Source: Faecalibaculum rodentium
Lineage (GTDB): Bacteria > Bacillota_I > Bacilli_A > Erysipelotrichales > Erysipelotrichaceae
Direction: 5' to 3'
Assembly (NCBI RefSeq): GCF_001564455.1
Contig: NZ_CP011391.1
Location: 990,001-1,022,000 of the forward strand
Length of the DNA stretch: 32,000 nt
The translations under genes and the position numbers were made by a program. Every line of letters begins with the position of its first letter. Within the stretch, counting starts at the first letter, position 1. A model generated the notes under the pieces. That model did not search any database. It saw only the letters and a list, made by a program, of their open reading frames with translations, and had not been told where the DNA came from. Shown here piece after piece: positions 28,099-32,000 of the stretch.

Positions 28099-28149
28099 AC
28101 AGGACTGAGTCCAATACCATGATGGTACTGGGACTCAGTCCTGTTTTTA
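28099..28149 (+). terminator. strong terminator inside the IS, just before IRR
   Basis: ACAGGACTGAGTCC...GGACTCAGTCCTGT is a perfect 14-bp stem followed by TTTTT. Confidence 0.65.
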
Positions 28150-28151
28150 AT

Positions 28152-28173
28152 ATGGGCAATTAACGTCGCTTAC
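28152..28173. repeat. IS66 right inverted repeat ATGGGCAATTAACGTCGCTTAC
   Basis: It is the exact reverse complement of IRL. Confidence 0.9.
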
Positions 28174-28181
28174 AATCGAAC
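28174..28181. repeat. right copy of the 8-bp target-site duplication AATCGAAC
   Basis: It is identical to 25860-25867. Confidence 0.85.
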
Positions 28182-28242
28182 AGCAGGGATTCTCAGACTG
28201 GAGAGTACCTGGTGTACGGAAGGACGCCGGTCTCTTTGAATC

Positions 28243-28776
28243 CTACAGTCCCCGGCTTTGGAACATTCCGGCAATTTCTTCTGGGGTTTCCTTCATTCCG
28301 CGATCCAGCCACAGCTCGATCCATCCAAAGATGGTGGAGGTAACATAGGCTTTTGCGTATGCCTCTTCCTTGGGCAGCGTTGGATCGATCTGAAGGCTGC
28401 CGTTCAGTGCCTCACGCAGTAGCCAGACCAGATTCCGTTCATGGAGAAGACTGCAGAAATCCCGATGACGGTCCAGATGGCGAAACAGATCCAGGAGTCT
28501 GGAGCTGGGAGTGGCGTCATCCGAATGGCTCAGACTCAGAATCCAGTCTTCCAGAAGATCCTGGATCCTTCGCCTGAGGATGTCCTCTTTGGAAGTGAAG
28601 TTCCGGTAGAACGAGGCACGACCCACCATGGCAGTTTCACACAGTTCCTGAACGGACAGTGCCTCCAGCGGTTTCGTTTTCAGCAGCTCCTCCAGTGCCT
28701 GGGTGAGCTGTCGTTTCACATAGGTATTCCGGTCCCGGTTGTTTCCTGCAGACACAGTTTTCCCGTTTTGTTTCAT
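28243..28776 (-). CDS. TetR/AcrR-family transcriptional regulator
   Basis: The HTH is LSVQELCETAMVGRASFYRNFTSKEDIL. The start is set at Met14 (MKQNGK), preceded by AAAGGAG. The ORF-track start at 28815 would lie inside the operator-like repeats. Confidence 0.8.
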   Translation of the reverse strand: MKQNGKTVSAGNNRDRNTYVKRQLTQALEELLKTKPLEALSVQELCETAMVGRASFYRNFTSKEDILRRRIQDLLEDWILSLSHSDDATPSSRLLDLFRHLDRHRDFCSLLHERNLVWLLREALNGSLQIDPTLPKEEAYAKAYVTSTIFGWIELWLDRGMKETPEEIAGMFQSRGL

Positions 28777-28810
28777 TTTTCTCCTTTCGTTGACCAACGA
28801 CTGATCCGAT

Positions 28811-28843
28811 GACACAATTGTATCGCTGAAACGATTGTATCAT
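28811..28843. promoter_or_regulatory. candidate TetR operator/promoter: imperfect palindrome GACACAATTGTATC plus the direct repeat ATTGTATC x2
   Basis: ATTGTATC occurs at 28817-28824 and 28834-28841, 17 bp apart. The first copy sits in a 12/14 palindrome centred on CAATTG. On the minus strand each copy reads TACAAT (-10-like), 35-65 nt upstream of the tetR start. Confidence 0.4.
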
Positions 28844-28967
28844 CATCTGCTTCTGGCAGACAGCGGACTTGTCTCAGTTTGGACTGCCCGGAAAGCAGCC
28901 TCGGGCATGAGCCTGAGTTCAGGAAGAAAGATACAGTTCGGGCAGCGCTTATGAAAGGAAAAAAACG

Positions 28968-29102
28968 ATGCATGGTACAACAAAACAGACCGCAGTTCTT
29001 CTGCTGGTCATTGGCCTGGGATTCGTGCTTAGCAGACTTGCAGTCCGCGGCTTTATGAACGTTCTGATCGGCGGAACGATGTTTGGAGGAGACTTTCTGT
29101 GA
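28968..29102 (+). CDS. candidate 44-aa small membrane protein (below the ORF-track length cut-off)
   Basis: The hand translation is MHGTTKQTAVLLLVIGLGFVLSRLAVRGFMNVLIGGTMFGGDFL, with one clear hydrophobic helix. AAAGGA lies 8 nt upstream. Its stop overlaps the hydrolase GTG as GTGA. Confidence 0.3.
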   Translation: MHGTTKQTAVLLLVIGLGFVLSRLAVRGFMNVLIGGTMFGGDFL

Positions 29103-30130
29103 GTGATCCGCAGGATATCCGAAAGACAGGGACAGAGAAACGGAGGCGAAGGCGTATGTATGGATGGATTTGTGCAGGTGCATTTCTGGTGTCTTTTGCA
29201 GCAGGTGCAGCTTCCCGGTTTCTGATCCGCCCGTCCTGGGCCCGTGAATATGATGTCCGGATGACAGATGAAGTGGGGACTGTGGAAAAGGACCTCAGCT
29301 ATGGCCCCGAAAGCGCAGAAAAATTTGACTTGTACCTGCCGGCTGATCCCGGCAGACAGGGTTATGGCCTGGTGGTGTACATCCACGCCGGCGGTTTTAC
29401 TTCCGGAGACAAATCGGATGATGCAGGAAGGCTGGCCTGGCTGTGCAGTCAGGGATACGTGGCAGCGGGAATCAATTACACATTGCGGACTGATCAGAAC
29501 GGGGCGAGTGTTCTTTCCCAGTCGATAGAGATCAAATCTGCCATTCCCGAAGTGGTGAAAGCAGCAGAGGCTGCTGGATATCCGATCAGAAATATGGCAA
29601 TAGGTGGCGGCTCGGCTGGAGGAACGCTGGCCATGCTGTATGCCTTCCGGGATGCAAAAGTTGCGCCGGTACCTCTCAGATTTCTGTTTGAAGCCGTAGG
29701 GCCTTCCAGCTTTGAGAGGAAAGACTGGCACTCATACGGCCTTGACAAGGATACGCCAGAAAGCAGGGCAGCGGCGGCAGGACTGTTTGGAATCATGCTG
29801 GGGCAGAAAATCGATCCGTCCATCCTGGATACACCCGAATATCATGATGTTATCAAGCCGATTTCCGGATATATGTGGGTAACACCTGACTCCGTTCCCA
29901 CCGTGATCGCGTATGGTACCCACGAGAAGGTCTGTCCATTTGACAGCTCCAGGCATCTGGTGCAGGCCCTGAAAGAGAATCATGTTCCCTACGAGTATTT
30001 TGAACTGCCTCATTACGGACATGGTCTGCAAAATGACAGCCGGATCTACAGAATGTATATGGATGCCGTCAAAGAAGGACTGGCGAAATACCTTGATGAT
30101 GGAGACGGGAAAGATGCCGATGCTGAGTGA
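29099..30130 (+). CDS. membrane-anchored alpha/beta hydrolase (esterase/lipase-like)
   Basis: An N-terminal basic stretch is followed by a TM segment (WICAGAFLVSFAAGAA). It has the oxyanion-hole-type YIHAGGF and the nucleophile elbow GGSAGG. The strong SD GGAGGAG lies 7 nt upstream of the GTG at 29099. Confidence 0.75.
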   Translation: MSDPQDIRKTGTEKRRRRRMYGWICAGAFLVSFAAGAASRFLIRPSWAREYDVRMTDEVGTVEKDLSYGPESAEKFDLYLPADPGRQGYGLVVYIHAGGFTSGDKSDDAGRLAWLCSQGYVAAGINYTLRTDQNGASVLSQSIEIKSAIPEVVKAAEAAGYPIRNMAIGGGSAGGTLAMLYAFRDAKVAPVPLRFLFEAVGPSSFERKDWHSYGLDKDTPESRAAAAGLFGIMLGQKIDPSILDTPEYHDVIKPISGYMWVTPDSVPTVIAYGTHEKVCPFDSSRHLVQALKENHVPYEYFELPHYGHGLQNDSRIYRMYMDAVKEGLAKYLDDGDGKDADAE

Positions 30131-30242
30131 TCGGGCATAGACAGCATGAGGGTTGAACCTGAAGCTGACTTCAGTGATAAGACAGGGATAACGAATCGGG
30201 AACAAGCCACAGCTGACCTGATTCGATAGAGGAGGAAGCATC

Positions 30243-30713
30243 ATGAAAGCACTGGTTGCATATTTTTCACCTACAGGTACAACGAAAGGCAAGTCGATGG
30301 AACTAGCTGCCGATATCGGCGGCGATCTTTTTGGAATCAGACCTGTGCAGGCCTACTCTGCAGCAGGCCTGGACTGGACGAATCCTCACAGCCGTTCGTC
30401 GATGGAGATGAAAGGTAATTCTTCCGTGATCCCTGAACCGGCAGAGACTGCAGATCTGCATGAGTACGATACACTTTTTGTGGGATATCCGATCTGGTGG
30501 AACCGGGCTCCGCGGATAATAGATACATTCCTGAGGATGGAAGATCTGCATCACGGGGAAGTCATCCCTTTTGCCACATCCGGTGGATCCGGTATCCGCA
30601 ACTCACAGCTCGAGCTTGAGAAGGCGTTCCCTGATGTCAGATTCGGACAGGGACGACTGCTGAACGGATATATTTCACCAAGTGATCTTGAGATCTGGGC
30701 TGACCAGAGATAA
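30243..30713 (+). CDS. flavodoxin-family protein
   Basis: MKALVAYFSPTGTTK...LFVGYPIWWNRAPRIIDTFL...FATSGGSG follows the short flavodoxin-like pattern. The SD is GAGGAGG. Confidence 0.8.
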   Translation: MKALVAYFSPTGTTKGKSMELAADIGGDLFGIRPVQAYSAAGLDWTNPHSRSSMEMKGNSSVIPEPAETADLHEYDTLFVGYPIWWNRAPRIIDTFLRMEDLHHGEVIPFATSGGSGIRNSQLELEKAFPDVRFGQGRLLNGYISPSDLEIWADQR

Positions 30714-30737
30714 CCAGAAAGCAATTCATTGACGGGG

Positions 30738-30785
30738 AGCAGGATCCGGACGGTCTACAGCGGGTCCTGTTTTTTTTTTTTTTTT
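30738..30785 (+). terminator. intrinsic terminator with a 16-nt T tract
   Basis: The stem CAGGATCCG...CGGGTCCTG (one G-U pair) is followed by T16 at 30770-30785. Confidence 0.7.
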
Positions 30786-31013
30786 GCGGAATCCGGTACA
30801 GCAAACGGAATAAGCAGCAGGCTGCTGCAGAATATCCGATCCGGAGGATTGTTCTGATTCTGCTGGAATAGAGCAGGATACAAAGAAAGGCGGTCTGTTC
30901 ACAGAATCTGTTTGCATAAACCCTACAGGAATGGTATATTTATTAAGCCGCAAGCGATTTGGATAAATCGACAAGCCATAAAACATAAAAGAACAAAAAG
31001 TTCAAAAAATGTG

Positions 31014-31042
31014 TTGACAGACTCTTGCGGATGAGTTAAGAT
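31014..31042 (+). promoter_or_regulatory. rRNA operon promoter P1 (TTGACA-N17-TAAGAT) with an A-rich UP-like element upstream
   Basis: There is a perfect -35. The tract 30975-31010 is strongly A-rich (CATAAAACATAAAAGAACAAAAAGTTCAAAAAAT). Confidence 0.6.
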
Positions 31043-31070
31043 ATAGGAGTGCTGAGGGGCACAGGCGGGC

Positions 31071-31100
31071 TTGACAGCCGGACCGCTCATTCAGTATCTT
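31071..31100 (+). promoter_or_regulatory. candidate second rRNA promoter P2 (TTGACA-N18-TATCTT)
   Basis: It has a perfect -35 and a weaker -10. Tandem promoters are common for rrn operons. Confidence 0.4.
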
Positions 31101-31161
31101 TGAAAAGCTTGTGACTTCATCAGAAGCTGCAGGCGATGGAGGCATCTGTCATGGGTGCTGA

Positions 31162-31174
31162 CGCTCTTTGAAAA
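31162..31174 (+). promoter_or_regulatory. boxA-like antitermination element in the rRNA leader
   Basis: CGCTCTTTGAAAA resembles the rrn boxA consensus (GCTCTTT core). A second TTCTTTGAA copy lies at about 31218-31229. Confidence 0.5.
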
Positions 31175-31274
31175 CCGGACAGGAAAAACGAAGTAAATAC
31201 AAGACGATACAACGTCGATTCTTTGAACCTGAAAAACAATCATGAACACAAGACGCAAAGCGTCTGAGTACAGA

Positions 31275-32000
<726 letters not shown>

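Larger units (their letters stand above)
25868..28173 (+). mobile_element. IS66-family insertion sequence (2306 bp; tnpB + tnpC, no tnpA)
   Basis: It has perfect 22-bp terminal inverted repeats beginning GTAAGCG, an 8-bp TSD, an IS66 Orf2-like gene and an IS66 DDE transposase. Confidence 0.9.

Noticed and set aside
30726-30986. An 86-aa minus-strand ORF between the flavodoxin gene and the rRNA promoter.
   Set aside because: It reads through the T16 tract as a KKKKK run, has no SD and overlaps the terminator, so it is an artefact.

Overview
The window reads as a Firmicutes chromosome segment. The partial 16S gene at the 3' end looks Erysipelotrichaceae-like, and GC appears to be in the mid-50s % by eye; both are inferences. 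Most of the window is densely packed housekeeping genes on the + strand.

Gene order: pnp (3' part), a FemAB-family gene, pepV, trmB, a thioredoxin-like gene, an unknown disordered protein, murC, three small envelope/coiled-coil genes, a ccpA-like LacI regulator, ybeY-dgkA-era-recO, glyQS-dnaG-rpoD-trmK, a small kinase-like gene, ispH, a DEAD-box helicase, nfo, ispG, a class B PBP and a PP2C-like gene. The order resembles the Bacillus subtilis yqf and ytx/ccpA/murC regions joined together.

The accessory part lies at 25.8-30.8 kb. It holds an intact IS66-family element with perfect 22-bp inverted repeats and an 8-bp target duplication. After it come a TetR regulator, divergent from a small membrane ORF, a membrane-anchored alpha/beta hydrolase and a flavodoxin. 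An rRNA operon (promoters, boxA-like leader, 5' 726 nt of 16S) ends the window.

I found no CRISPR array, no tRNA, no recognisable defence, toxin-antitoxin or secretion system, and no convincing novel multi-gene system.

The points most worth a second look:
- two candidate leaderless mRNAs (ybeY, ispG)
- an Arg-rich tail on PNPase
- a disordered protein with a repeated VISP(I/M)FG motif next to murC
- a minimal kinase-fold protein after trmK
- a PBP/PP2C-like gene pair with no terminator between the genes
- a glyQS leader too short for a T-box
- a hairpin that sequesters the IS66 tnpB ribosome-binding site

All functional calls come from reading motifs in the supplied translations. No database search was run.
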